Assembly (NCBI RefSeq): GCF_018977255.1
Contig: NW_024704743.1
Coordinates: forward strand, 48,300,001 to 48,364,000
Source of the DNA: Callorhinchus milii
Taxonomy: Eukaryota
Direction of reading: 5' to 3'
DNA: 64,000 bases
Each line of letters starts with the position of its first letter. Within the stretch, counting starts at the first letter, position 1. The notes under the pieces were generated by a model. It ran no database searches. It was not told where the DNA came from and worked only from the letters and a program-made list of their open reading frames with translations. A program made the translations under genes and the position numbers. Below are positions 26,311 through 40,089 of the stretch, one piece after another.

Positions 26311-28559
26311 GTAGCATATGCAGTATGGTGTTAATATATACTGCACAATAGTTCTATTAAATTTAATAAATTCATTGTGTGCTGACTGACAGAACAAAAT
26401 TATAATATACAGAGTTGTGATGTGTATTTCTTTCAGGATATTTCAAATATTGATGGCTACTACTGCTGGAGCTAGTCATATGCATGTTTGTCAAGTCTGC
26501 TTTAATTAGACACACTCTGTTGGTATACAGTACTGTATTTCTGCATTAGATCAGAGCAGTATTAGCATCTTCTTGTGAGTTGCAATAATTTCTGGGAAGT
26601 GCAATTTCCATTATCTGGGAACAATGCATCTTGAAAGGAGATAGACGTATTGCAAGTCTTTAGTCTTTAATGTATATTGACGTTATTGAATTTTAGCCAG
26701 GATTTTAGATTATTAATCCTGTCTTGATCAGATGATATGAATAGACACCAAGATCAGTCACTGAGTATCCAATTTTCTCCCAGCTGTGGGTTCATTGCTG
26801 GGTCAGCATCCTTCCTGTGGAAAGTATAGGGAGCATGCTGGGTTTGCAGCAGGTATAAGGAAATAGTTTGTGTACAGGTGAGAGTCCTTGGCTTTCAGAC
26901 CTGAGTAATTAGGAGGTGAACATCCACAGATGATTCAGCCAATAAAGGTGTTTAATGATTGTAAGAACAGTTAGAGGTGATGATTAATTAGCCTGGGCAC
27001 TTTGGGCTTGCTATTGTGTGTGCTGTGGAACATACTGGCCATCAGCTGGTAGGCATGCAGCCTTGTAAAGGGCTTTCTCTGCTGACATTGGTCATATATC
27101 ATTGCAGCTGTGCCCTTTGATTACTGGGAGGGCTTGCAGAGTGATTAATAGCCAGGATCAATGTTTCTACCCAGCACATGACATTTGGTCACAAAGCGAC
27201 CATATACTTATTCCCCTTTGGCATGGCGCTTAGGAGAAATGAAGGATGAGACCTGCCAATTTAAAGCCGAAGAGCTTCCAGTTTATAAAATGAGTCCAGT
27301 TTGACTGTAAGAAATTATTCCCTATTGAAATAATTAGTGCAGCATTAAACGCAATTACAACTAAAACTATAGGATCACTTTTGCTGAATCTGAGTCAGTT
27401 GACAGATGGTGTAAGCTTGATATCTTGCTGCTGATAAAGTCGAGGGTTGTTATTTTGCTGAGAGAATGAGTTGTAAACAAAACTCAGCAATAACTGAGTA
27501 TTGTGGAGTATGTAGTGATACATTTCTACATCTTTAACAAAGTAAAATGCTGTCACCTTTATCATAGAGATTGGCAATGACAGTTTGTCATAAATTACAT
27601 TTTTTATTTTTGGACTGAAGTATCTATTTTGAAATTTAATAGGTAAGATATATTTTTTGCACTATGTGCCCATGAAACTGGCATTTCCAATATTTTTTAT
27701 TAAGTGTTGGATAATTAAACCAAATGTGAGACGTCATTTACTAAAACATCAACTAGTGAATCAAATAAAACAACTCAATTTGCATAAACTGGTCACTATA
27801 GTTGCCAACAACTTCTTTGCAGCACTTTGAGATGTTTCAACATTAGATGCAAATTTTTTGTTTGCATATTTTATTACAATCTTTTTAAGGGCTTCATAGT
27901 GAAAGAAAGTAAGCATTTCCATATTCTCAAATGCTTTACTGTGACTTTAATTCATATGGGATCTTCTTATAGCCTCAAATGATAGTAACAAAACAAAATG
28001 TTGATTATTTTACTAGATATGCAAAATATGAAAGAACTGTAAAGAGCAAGATTTCCGATTGGCTATTTGTTTCTGTAGTAAAATGGAGAAATGGTCCCCA
28101 AATAACAGTAGCCAATGTTGCTTTGCTCAAGTGCTTATCTGTATCTGTGTGAGCCTGGACAGTGAATGTCAGTGGCTACATGCGTACTTCCAGAAGGCAC
28201 TGCTGGCTAGCAGTCAGAAATACACCTGCCAATTTGCTTTAGCTCAGGACATTGATCCTATTTGTAACAGTTCCACTGCTGAGCCCAGCTCACTCTGAAT
28301 AAGCCTGGAATTAAAACTGGGACTCCCTTTGTCTGTATTGTTGAATACCACACTGTAAAATCTATATTTACCCATTCAACTGTTGAAAGAATGAACTCTT
28401 GGAGTATTTGAAAGAGAGGTTTTTGGACTATTTGAAATTGTAAGAACCAGTTTGCTGTGTTTGCAGGTTCTCCTTATTCAGTTTGTTGTTTTCATTAGGA
28501 GCAAGTTGTTATAAATGTCTTGTATGTGATTTATAATTTATGTGATTTAATGTATTTGT

Positions 28560-28950
28560 TATAAATTTGTACAGCACCCTTCACTTCACTTCCAACATCT
28601 TGGAAAGCTTTACACTGATGGGGTTGGACACCAAGATAGGGGAAGAAGTGCCTAAAGGTGTGGTCAAAGCAAAGTACAAATAGAGAGGTGGAGGGGTAGC
28701 GGAAGGAAGTTCCAGTGGTTAGTGATATAGAATCGGAAAGCTCCAATGGTGGTGTGAGGAGGGCAGGGAATGGACAGCAAGCCTCAGTTAGCTGAGTGGG
28801 GAGGGCAAGCAGAGAAGTGGAATAGGAGAAGGTCAGAGAGAGGAGGAGGAAGATGGAGCTGTTTATTAGATGAAGACCTTGAAATTTGTCTGCAGGGAGA
28901 CTGGAAGGCATTGGAGCTTAGCAAGGACAGGGGTGATGAGCGTGCAAAGC
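28560..28950 (-). mobile_element. Old L2 3' fragment, followed by a + strand SINE tail (~28960-29080)
   Basis: Purine-rich reverse complement of the L2 3' region. The SINE tail is cgcccacaaaatacac...tatatcaaatgcaaggat. Confidence 0.65.
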
Positions 28951-29795
28951 CTATTACTATGATTGTTTCGCCCACAAAATACACAATCAATCCAATTTAC
29001 AGTATATTCTGCAAAACACTTTGAGATATTTCGAAGATGTGATAAGTCACTATATCAAATGCAAGGATCATTATTATTATACTTTTCTTGCTTTGTAGTA
29101 TAACCTGTCATTTACCCACTTAGGTTCATATAACATGTTCAATAGCATTCTTTTTCAGAAATCACAGGCAAAATTTTGTGAAAGGAAATCCGTGGCTGAA
29201 TTTTATTACCAGTATAATGGTGCTCTGAGCACTATGTTTTCTATATTACTGGCAGATAGAACAATCTTTTTTTTGAACACACCATCAGAATCCTTCACAG
29301 GCTCCAAAACAAATTGCTAAGACTTCTACATATGTATGGTTTCCATTTGACTCTCTTGCCAGAGGGCCACACCCTGTTTTACCTAATCCCAGCAAGTTTA
29401 GGCAGAGGTTGGCAATTGGTGAAGCACAGGTTGGCAAGCGTTGAGCTTTGGGATGCAAACCCAACAAGTGCATTGGAGTACTGCTGGAGTTACCTGAGCA
29501 GTTTGACAATCCGAACAAGGTTCCACTGCTTCCCCACCTGGACCACCTTATAATGATGATGATGCAGAGGGCACAGGAGACTTGTGGCATGTCTGTCTTA
29601 GTTGAGTGTAGGGGGTGGGCAGAGGAGTGGAGTATGAACAGATCCAAGCAGTCAGGAAATGTTAGGGCAGGAAGGATTTCATGCGTGAGGGTGAAGACCT
29701 TGAAATCAATCTATTCTGAGACGTGGAGCTTGATGAGGATTGAAGTGATGGCAGTGTGGAGTTTTGTACGGGTGATAACAGAGGCGGCAGAGTTT

Positions 29796-30886
29796 TGTAT
29801 TAGCCCCCGCACTATCTCGTGCGGTGTTCCTCAGGGCTCTGTCCTTAGTCCCCTCCTCTTCACCCTTTACATGCTCCCCCTTGGTGACGTCATCCGCAGA
29901 CATGCGGTAAATTTCCACATGTGTGCGGATGACACCCAACTCTACCTCTCTGCCTCCATCCTGAACTCAGGATTACTGAGGTCCTGTCCAACATCAAGTC
30001 CTGGATGAGGGCCAACTTTCTCCAAATCAACATCAGCACGACCGAGGCCCTCCTGATTGGCTCGCTCCAGCGCCTCCGCACCTCAGGCGCTGATAGCATC
30101 AGCCTCCATGGCTGAACACTCAATCTCACTAAGCCAGTCAGAAACCTGGGTATCTTGTTTGACTCTGAACTGTCCTTTCTCCCCCACATCCGCGCCATGA
30201 CCGGGCACTGCCTACCACCACCTCCGCAACATTGCCAGACTCCGCCACTGCCTCACCCCTCAGGCTGCCGAAACCCTCACCCGTGCATTCGTCACATCAA
30301 GTCTCGATTACGGAAACGCCCTCCTCATCGGCTTCCCAACTCTTCCTTTCACAAGCTGCAGATCATCCAAAACTCTGCAGCTCGGGTACTCTCAAGCACC
30401 AGACTCCGTGACCCCATCACTCCCACCCTCGCCCGACTCCACTGGCTCCCCATCCCCCAGAGGATCGAGTTCAAGATCCTCATCCTCACCTTTAAAGCCA
30501 TCCATGGCCTGGCCCCCTCCTACCTCTCTGACCTGCTGACTCCCTACCAACCTGCCTCCTCCCTCCATTCATCAGGCTCTGGTCTGCTCCATGTCTCCCA
30601 TCCGACCCACCCTACCATTGGTGGCCGGGCTTTCAGCCTCTCTGCCCCCACACTCTGGAACTCCATCCCATGGTCCCTTCGCCTCACTTCCTCCCTTGCA
30701 TCCTTTAAGGCCGGTCTCAAGATCCTTCTCTTCTAGTGTGCCTTTGGTCTCCCTCCCACCTCTCTGCCTTCCCTCACCCCTACACCACCGCTCCCCCATG
30801 CTCGGTCCCCGACATCTGACTGTACAGCGCTTTTGGGACATCCTCCCGACGTGAAAGGCACTCTATAAATGTAATGTTGTTGTTGT
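29796..30886 (+). mobile_element. Young L2 3' portion, nested in an older minus-strand L2 (~29545-29795 and ~30887-31010)
   Basis: [30 protein letters not shown] and LHWLPIPQRIEFKIL; tail ends (tgt)n. Both flanks read as a continuous antisense L2. Confidence 0.9.
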
Positions 30887-32510
30887 AGCTGGCCTTTATG
30901 GATGGTGGAACTGGGGAGAGCAGTTGAGAAATTTGAGAAATTAAGATAGGAGATGACAAAAACATGGATGAGCATTCAGTGTCAGATAGAGGCAGAGGCA
31001 GGCAATGTGTTTTGATCATGGACTGCCTGTTAAAGTTTTGGCTTGTAACAAGTGCTGCATGGGAAGAAATAACTAATCTGACTGACTAGGCTGAACTGCC
31101 ATCAGCAGTGTTACCTGGCAGGAACCGGACTGTCAAGACCACCACAGAGGAATGACTTGATTCCGATCTTTCATTGCCAGGCTACAACTAAGTGTTGAGC
31201 CAGAGGAAATTTGGCAGTAAGTCCCTGACTGCTAGCCAACTGCTTTGGAGGCCCTACTTTTTCAATTCAAGGATAATAAAATTGTTCTCATCCCCCCACC
31301 ATCCCCACCCACCGAAGGTAAGATAGTTGCTAGTTTTAAATAAATATTCAGCCGATTTACTTCTATTTCTATTGTACTTCATTGATTGATCGTCAGAATT
31401 CTTTATTACCAATGGATGAAGTGCCTTGCATGGTACAAAACTGATGCAGAGATTAATTAACCCCTGTGTCAGAAAGCTGTAAGTCAGGTTTGTATTTAAA
31501 ACAACCACAAGGCTTGATAACTGACTCACAGGCCAATGTGTCAGGTTTCAACAAAATCTTATCTTCCTCCAAAACATAACTTCATGCATCACATGTGTAC
31601 AGTTGTTCGAAAGTACTGGGGGACCTGCATGATATTTTGCCGTTCCAGATATGCTTATTGGAAACGCGTGTGTGTTGGTAGGTGGGTGGGGATGTTGGGT
31701 GAGAACAGAATCAAGTTCACCTGTAATCCCTTTATTATTGAACAGCCTGCGAAAACTCACTGACAAGGCTTATACATGAATGATGGCCAAGATATAGGAG
31801 AGTAACTCGTACCCAAAGAAGCATACCAGAGTGAAAGGATAGCTTTATGAGTGAAGGAGGTGAGGGTGAAAATTGAAGGAGGAAAAAAATTATATAATTT
31901 CCAAGTATATTGCAGAATGCATCAGAAAGCCATACATATAGAGTCAATTGAAGCATTCAACAATTATAATAAGGAATACAGAATAAAACAAAGGCGGGAA
32001 AAGGAATAGACTTCATACAGAGGAAAAATTGCCTACCTTTGTTCCTAAAAGCAATTATTCTGCAGCAATTTTGAGATGCATTAATCAGAGCCGTTTATTA
32101 TGAAGGTATTTAGGTTTTACAACAAAGGTCAATTTCTGGTTTGGGTGCTCACACTTTTGACCTCATTGTTAACCCTAAATTCCTGCCAATGACTGAGCTG
32201 TCAACTAGGCTAAAGAATGGAATTTACAGCATGAATATACAATGTATATTGTCAGGTTGCCTTGCAGTGTATTTTTATGGATTCTACTAAGCTCGCACTA
32301 AGATGCTGCCAGAATCATCTAATTGTGAAAAAATGCAGCCCAAGATGTATCTCGAGCCCTAACCAAGCTTCTTGAGCTGCAATAAATAGTAAGCAGGCCA
32401 TTCAAAGTTGCTGACAGGAAACTTTTGAAAGCCTGAATGTATGAAAGAAGACAATGGAAAAAAACTTAGTGTGTAATTTGCTTCAGTATCCTCTCACAGA
32501 CTTTGAAGAC

Positions 32511-33608
32511 CAACAACAACAAAATTACATTTATAGAGCGCCTTTCATGTCAGGAGGACATCCCAAAGCACTGAACAGTCAGGTGTCGGGACCCAAGCAT
32601 GGGGAAGGGGTGGTGTAGGGGTGAGGGAAGGCAGAGAGGTGGGAGGGCGACCAAAGCCACAATTGAAGAGAAGGCTCTTGAGACCAGTCTTGAAGGAGGC
32701 AAGGGAGGAAACAAGGCGAAGGGACCGGGGGATGGAGTTCCAGAGTGTGGGGGTAGGGAGGCTGAAAGCCCAGCCACCGATGGTAGGGCATTTGCTGTGC
32801 GCATTTGGCTGCCGCATTTCGCCCACAAATATACAGTCAATTCACTTTACAGTCTCTTCTGTGAAGCACTTTGAGACGTCTAGAAGACGTGAAAAACACT
32901 ACATCAAATGCAAGGATTATTATTATTAGGGCAGGTTGGGCGGGAGACATGGAGCAGACTGGAGCCAGCTGAATGGAGGGAACGGGCAGGTCGGTAGGGA
33001 GTCAGCAGGTCAGAGAGGTAGGAGGGGGCAAGGCCATGGATGGCCTTGAAAGTTAGGACGAGGATCTTGAACTCCATCCTCTGGGGGATGGAGAACCAGT
33101 GGAGTCGGGCGAGGGTTGGATTGATGGGGTCACGGAGCCTGGTGCGCGAGAATACACGAGCTGCAGAGTTTTGGATGATCTGCAGCTTGTGAAGGGAAGA
33201 GTTGGGAAGGCCGATGAGGAGGGCGTTGCCGTAATCGAGCCTTGATGTGACGAATACGTGGGTGAAGGTTTCGGTAGCCTGAGGGGTGAGGCAGTGGCAG
33301 AGTGTGGGAATGTTGCGGAGGTGGTGATAGGAATGTGGGGGAGCAAAGACAGTTCAGGGTCAAACAAGACTCCCAGGTTCCTGACTGGCTTAGTGAGGTT
33401 GAGTGTGCAGCCGTGGAGGCTGATGCTGCCAGCGCCTGAGGTGCGGAGGCGCTGGCACGAGCCAATCAGGAGGGCCTCGGTCTTGCTGATGTTAAGCTGG
33501 AGATAGTTGTCCCTTGTCCAGGACTTGATGTCGGACAAGCAGTCGGTCAGGATGCCAGTAGTCCTGGAGTTGAGGATGGAGGCAGAGAGATAGAGTTGGG
33601 TGTCATCC
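32511..33608 (-). mobile_element. L2 3' portion interrupted by a SINE fragment
   Basis: [32 protein letters not shown] on the minus strand; (caa)n tail at 32511. Confidence 0.92.
32791..32926 (+). mobile_element. SINE 3' fragment inserted into the L2, 7-bp TSD
   Basis: TAGGGCA at 32784-32790 and 32927-32933; Deu-like core and (att)n tail between them. Confidence 0.88.
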
Positions 33609-33699
33609 AAAGAGTTTCTCTTGATATCTTTGCCAATATTTCTTCTTCCTCTGATTTTACTAAAGAAAAAATACATTTTGATTCTCTCCTTTCTGTTTT

Positions 33700-34512
33700 G
33701 TTTGATCAGCCAAGTGTCTGATACATGCAGAAACCCAACACCATGCAAATCAAACTGAGTTCCAGGCATGCAACCTACACGTGAAAATTCCAGTGTTTGG
33801 AATAGAATGTGTGCTCTAATATGGAGTCCTGTAGCTCAGTGGTTAGAGCACTCGCTTTGCAAGCGAGAGACCTGAGTTCAATTCCAGGCAGAGGGCGAAA
33901 CCTTGGGCAAGTTTCCTTACTCCACACAGAGCCTAATAATAATCCCTCCAAAACCAAAAACAATAATAAATTGGTGATTTTCAATCTACAACTGATTGTG
34001 GGACATTGCTGTGCGCAATTGGCTGCCGCGTTCGCCCACAAATATACAGTCAACTCATTTTACAGTGTGTTCTGTGAAGCGCTATGGGACATCCTCCCGA
34101 CGTGAAAAGCGCTATATCAAATGCAAGGATTATTATTATTATTATACCCAGCAGGGCACATCCCGTTTGCCTAATTCTGGAGATATTAGGCACAGTGAGG
34201 CAAGAGCTAAAGCTTAAGGACACCAGAGAGTGTGTTGGGGGTACTCCTGGAGTTAATCAGCTAAGCCAGCATAGCTCGCCATTGAAAGCATTGTGTGACA
34301 AGCTTCTTGCTGCTTATCCAGCTAGAACCACCCTACCCGTTACGGCTTTGTTTTGCAGGGTTAACAATAGGTGAGTGGGAAGAATCCATGCCCTTCCATG
34401 TCTTAAGGACAAACCAGGCTGGTTGGTCTATTCGTGAGCAGTGCCCTGGAATACTGCAAACTAGCTCAGGAACTGTCTACCAAGACTGCTATAGAGGATT
34501 GACTCGATTCCA
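33700..34512 (+). repeat. Family X copy, split by the SINE at 33823-34145
   Basis: gatcagccaagtgtctgatacatgcagaaaccc before the SINE; cctaattctggagatattaggcacag..gggggtactcctgg..ggctttgttttgcaggg after it. Confidence 0.8.
33823..34145 (+). mobile_element. Near full-length tRNA-derived (Ala-TGC-like head) Deu SINE with L2-type tail
   Basis: A box TAGCTCAGTGG 33832-33842, anticodon arm ctcgc-tttgcaa-gcgag, B box GTTCAATTCC 33876-33885, Deu-like core, (att)n tail. Confidence 0.92.
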
Positions 34513-35175
34513 TTTTGTTGTAAAATATGTGATAGTGTTACCACCATTTTCATGCTCACAGCTCAGACACTCAGTACTACCCTTTGAGGGATGGTTCCAC
34601 AAGTTGGATGAGATGAGTAGCAGCTGCTTAATTCTCTGCATGGCAATTAAAGCGGATTCCAAATCCCAAGCCCTTGATATATGAATGGGTGTTCACGATC
34701 TTGGACTCTAGGTGCATGTTACAACAACACTTTAAATTAGTTGTATTTGTCTACTTAACAATCACTATATTTATTTTATAAGAGCAACTCCTTCTGTGAG
34801 GCCTTTTGAGATTTGTCAATGTACTAAATGGAAGTATTATTATATTTAAGAGATCCATAAGGTCTGGGAAAATAAAATGTTTTTTTCACGGTATTTGGTT
34901 GTTGCTGTTAGTAGCATATTCGGATGGCAGGATTTGATAGTCATCCAAATATGTGTCCTCAGACGTAAACATTAGGACATAATCAAATATGCTGTATTTA
35001 TGCTGTCACTTTGCTATATGTGTTGACTGATCTTGTTTTGTTTACTTTCCATTGCAAAATCTGCAAGAGTGTCAGAAAAGTGGACATACTGGTAATCAGG
35101 CACCACTCTTATTACTTCTACATTTCACATCGTGATTTGCAGTCATGGGTTTCAGTTCATGTGGGTCCCAACACA

Positions 35176-35295
35176 GACATAAGAAGATAAGCATTTGCTA
35201 GGCAAAAGATGACCAAGGTCCATCTAGTTCGCCTGAAATGCCGTGTCCCAACTTATATAATAAGAACATAAGAATTTGCTAGGCGAAAGAAGACA
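35176..35295 (-). mobile_element. Two short CR1 3'-tail fragments
   Basis: Match the tail at 57054 (agaacataagaatttgct.ggcgaaagaag..caaggtccatctagttcgcc). Confidence 0.75.
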
Positions 35296-35439
35296 CATGT
35301 GTACGTGTGATGATGTCATCTGTAAGCTTATATAGTCGATGCTGGGATCTGTGTTTGTATTCGTGCAGGTTTCAGAACAAAACAATAACAATTGCAAAAC
35401 AAGTATGGCAATGATAGGGAATCCCAGTGCTAGAAAGTA

Positions 35440-35855
35440 TATTACATTTGATACAGTGCCTTTCACGTCTCATATCACTTCTCATATCACGTCACAGAAT
35501 TCACTGTAAAGTGTTGTTTCTGTACTATGTAGGCAAATTTGGTAACCAACTTGCACATAGCAGTGTCCCCACAAACAGCCAAGATATGAATGATCAATTT
35601 TAATTGGGGATTGTTGGTCAGAACACCGGGAAAGACTTCTTTCTCTTTTTGAATAGTGCTATGGGATCTTTAACGTCCATCTGAACAGGTGGAAGGAAAC
35701 TTGGTTTAATGTCTCATCTAAAAGACGACACCTCCAACAATGCAATATTCCCCCAGCATAGTAGTGGAATTTCAGCCTGACTGAGTTAAAAGTCCAAAGT
35801 AGGGCTTGAATCCATAACCTTCTGACTCAGAGGCGATAGTGCACCCATTGAACCG
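35440..35855 (-). mobile_element. Older full-length DeuSINE-like element
   Basis: Reverse-strand tRNA-like head (gcctctgagtcagaaggttatggattcaagccc), Deu-like centre, L2-type tail. Related fragments at ~4820-4900, 37100-37330, 38840-39140 and 47680-47790. Confidence 0.78.
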
Positions 35856-37552
35856 GACAGTTTCCAGTATATGTGAAAAATTACAGTATTCTGTAGCCTC
35901 TAGGGACATATTGAGGAGTACAGTAAGGTGTTGTAGTTTTAAGAGGAAATTACTTTTGCATATAGTACAATACCATGTGGAAGAAAACCTGCTAATAAAT
36001 CATTTTATCTCTTTATTTGTTAATATAATGAAAAGAAGCTTGCACTAATCTATAATACGCTTATTTAATCTATCACTGAATTACAATATTGACATATTTA
36101 AAAATCCTAAAATCCAATATACTGGATTAATAAAAACTGGTAAAATACTGATTCAGATTACATTTTATTGTGAAATACTGTTTTAAAACACAGAACTCTA
36201 AAGATATATGATTGAATGTTTCATATAACTGTTCTATTAAACTAAAAGCAATCAAGGCATATGGGTGATGTCTTATTGAAATATATATTTGATTTGAAAA
36301 TTTGAAATAGATGTTAGGGCCACTTATACTCATTGTCCACAAAAGGTTTGCTGTCATTGTAGCAGCAATGGATGCTTTTTAGTACTGTTAGATTTAAGGT
36401 TTGTATTCCATATTGGTTGAAGAATGTACTATAACATTTGTGATTATAATCATGTTTGGAATTGAGTTCAAGCATATGTGTATGTATTAGCAAAAATGTA
36501 ATGCTTTCTACATATTGTGACAAGAAGCAATGTTCAGTAAAGTTCTGGAAAATGACCTGAAAATTGATATGTTTTGAAATTTATTCAATTTGAAAAAATG
36601 TATTGCATAGGCATACTATAATAACCTCTTTCTACTGAGAGTAGTTCTTCCTGGTTATGGCATTTTTATATTGTACAGTAACACTATTTGGGTAGCATTT
36701 GTGTTTGGTCTTTCTACATGGTTTTGGATATGGCAGGGCAAGTCATTACTGCTGTTTCCATTTGCGCTGATGTATTTTACTGACCATATTTTAGTGTGTT
36801 ATTTGAGGTCTGACACTTGCTACACAATGATAAAATCTACCTTTGTGTTGCTTTGGCTAGTTTTAACTCCCCTTTGAGACTGCTGAGTACGTACGTACTG
36901 GTGCAAACAAAACAGCATATAATTGCTTTAATAATAACTTGGTAAACACACAGAATTTGTCAGCCTAATACAAATACATATAGACACAATACCTATGTTT
37001 CAGAACAATTATCTGACCAAAAGTAATGTGCAACAATCCATTGTCTTTGCTACTGAATTTAATTAAAATCTTGGATTAAATATTGTACTATAATATTAAT
37101 TCTTGCATTTGATATAGTACCTTTTATGTGAGGAGGACGTCTCAAAGTACGGGATTTACTGTAAACTATTGTGACTATTTTATATGGTGATGTAGGAGCT
37201 AATTTGGGCACAGCAATGTCCTACAAAGAGCCGCAAAATGAATGCCCAATTTTATCTGGGGGATTGTTGGCCAGGACACTGGGAGAAACTCCTCTTTTTT
37301 CCAATAATGCAATGGAAATGGCAACTGATCAGGCACTCATTGTACTGGTACTCATGGAACCATGCCCCAATAGAAGGAAAAAGAGACATTTATAAAACTA
37401 AAGATGGAGGTAGAAACTATATAAAGTGTGTAAACTTATAGCAGGTTCTTTAAAGGTTTGTTTATGATAGTTATGGTTTCATAAATGATTCATTGCAAAA
37501 AATAAAAAAAGAGTCACCACGAGTCTTATAAATGACTAATTTAATCTAATGT

Positions 37553-37900
37553 TGCTCCTGTTCGACCTGCAAGCCAAAGCCCTAACGGATAGGGAAGTCT
37601 TTGCTGGATAAGCATTGGGAAAGCTTGCCAGGCAGCGATATCAATGGCAAGCTTATTGGTTTTTAGCTGGTTCGACTCTAGCAGTACCCCAACGTACACT
37701 TTGGTGTCCCCAAACTCTTACTCATGCCAACCTGTGCCTAATACTTTCTGGAATTAGGTAAGCAGGGTGCATCCTTCCAGGAAGAGAGTGCACATTCCAT
37801 TCCAACAATCTATCTCAGGATTTCCGTGTGTGGGTGGGATGGAAACTCTTAAGCATGGTGATGGGTTTCCACATGTCAGACACCCAGCTGACCCCCAAAA
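37553..37900 (-). repeat. Family X copy (reverse orientation)
   Basis: Reverse complement gives ggtcagctgggtgtctgacatgtggaaacccatcaccatgctt..ttacctaattccag..tattaggcacaggttggc..ggggtactgct..ccgttagggctttggcttgcagg. Confidence 0.82.
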
Positions 37901-38155
37901 AACTTTTTCAGGAATTCGATTGAAACTTGCATCCCATCCTCCTTTCAAAACTCAAGCCTTCTGGTGTACTAATGTACAGCTGTAATTCTGACTTCATCTT
38001 CTTGCTTCACATATCTATATTGAAGCAGTAAAGAAATTTATGTTGGATTTGTAAATGCCAGTTTATTGCTTGGTCTATATTGCTAAGGACAAACACTGTT
38101 TTCTGGCTATGGGTCAGCACCATATGTTTTTTTTCCCTCGTTAGTCTGTATAGAC

Positions 38156-38835
38156 CAGGGCTTCTCAAACTTTGTTACAGTGAGCCACCCTAAACTAAGG
38201 AAAAAATCTATTGCTCCCCATAGTTCACTAAGATAACACAAAGAACTGAAAAACCTCTACTTTGAAAAAATGCGAGTAATAAATTAAAAGGGATCAATAT
38301 AGTTATAACAGTATGAGTGTCAAAAGTCCTAATTTTATTTCATAAAGCACCTTTCCTGTTATCTCACAGTTCTGTTCAAAAAAGAGTACAAATTGCAGTA
38401 GCTAAAATAAAACTGCACAAACATTTTAGGAAATCATAATAATAATCCTTGCATTTGATATAGCACCTTATCGCATCTTCGAGACGTCTCAAAGTGCTTC
38501 ACAGAATATACTGTAAAGTGAATTGACTATAAATTTTGTGAGCGAAACGCGGCATCCAATTGCACACAGCAATGTCTCACAACCAATCGTGGAAATAACA
38601 TAATCATAACGACAAACGATTAAAGATTATGTCAGTATAATATCCATCAGTTCTACCTTATCGGTGGGCGGAGTATTTGGGGTTTGGTTGCAGCGGGACA
38701 CATTGTTGCGGGGTTTAGTTATTGGGGGAGCAACTTGGCTGGGAAGTGGGACCAGTCTTGCAAAACCTGCACTGTTGGGATGTATGCAACTGTTGCCTCC
38801 CCTGGCGCATGTGCTGCTTAGTTTGAGAACCTGTG
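38156..38835. mobile_element. Possible hAT non-autonomous element, with a nested minus-strand SINE fragment (~38437-38590)
   Basis: Ends cagggcttctcaaact and agtttgagaacctgtg are imperfect inverted repeats; no clean TSD. Confidence 0.5.
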
Positions 38836-40089
38836 ATACAGTGCCTCAAAGCAATTCACGGGATATACTGTAAAGTGTAATGACTGTATTTGTGAGGAAC
38901 TTAGAAGCCCATTTGCACTCAGCACTGTCCCACAAAACATTTTATTTAGGAGATTGTTGGCTCGGAGACCAAGAGAAACTGCCTTCTCTTTCGACTGGTG
39001 CCATGGAATGTTTAACATTCACTTGAATAACCAGATGGGATCCCAGTCTCATGTCTGAAGGATGGCACCTCCAACAATACAATACCTTCCTTCCCCAGCT
39101 CCCCAGAAAATCTACGTAATATTGGAGTGTCAGCCTATGCTACGCGAGAAATATCCTCACATGAGTAATATTTTCAAGTAACTGACATAATATATTTTGG
39201 TGAAAGTATTGAATGGATGTTAAAATCATCAAAAAAGATTTAAATTGCCAATTCGTCTCGAGCAACTGCTGATTATTCTTGATCGCTGATTTGGTTAATA
39301 CTAAACTCTAGTGATAGACAGGAAAAGGTCAATTAGATTACAGTATTATGCAAATTTTCTGGGGCACTATTGAGGGTCCCGTTTCCAAGTGGTCTCTTCC
39401 CTATTTTGTTTGAAACTGTGTCACCTCAGGCTCTGACTAGTTTTATAGACTTGTCTTTGTTACTTTAGGACTTAAAAAGGAAACAGCTGCTGGAATTACA
39501 TTCTAAGCTTTAGAAAGCAGAATCTGTAAAATAGTAATTTAAGTTCCACACAGTAGCAGTAGGTAATATTTCTAATCAGAGAAATAGAAGTGCTGGGCAT
39601 CAATGGAGTCATTAAAGCATTACAATAAACATTTGAAAATGGATGTATGCTTTATAGTTTTTCAGCCAGGTCCTTTGTACAGACTCGATATGAAAAATGA
39701 AAATTAAGAACCGTTAGAGTTGTACTGTAAGCAGAACTGACTAATTCCATTAAAATAAATATTAAAATGTTTCATATTGAAAGTACTGAAGACTTAAAAG
39801 GTACATTAAAATTTCATAGTTACATTAGATATTTTAAAATGAGTATATTCTTTGCATTACACAGAGGTTCTCGCATCAAATCTAGTTTCATTACTTCATG
39901 AGCATGGAGGTTATTTTATTACAACTCATAATGAAAGGCCAGTTGTGATTTGTAGTTCTTGAATGATTGGCAGTTCTAAGTAAACTGAAGAAGTACAGTT
40001 GTAGGACTCATAATCCCTTCCACTGTGGAATGGAGCTGGTTGGAAAAAACAGTGTTAACTGGAAGGAAATATCTATGTGAATTTTCCCC

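Noticed and set aside
32158..32174. Further one-mismatch DR5/DR2 motifs (also ~13743)
   Set aside because: Expected by chance at this stringency; isolated or within repeat remnants.
33823..33895. tRNA-Ala(TGC) gene
   Set aside because: Runs directly into a SINE body and tail, lacks a proper acceptor stem, and sister copies have a different anticodon loop (CAC).
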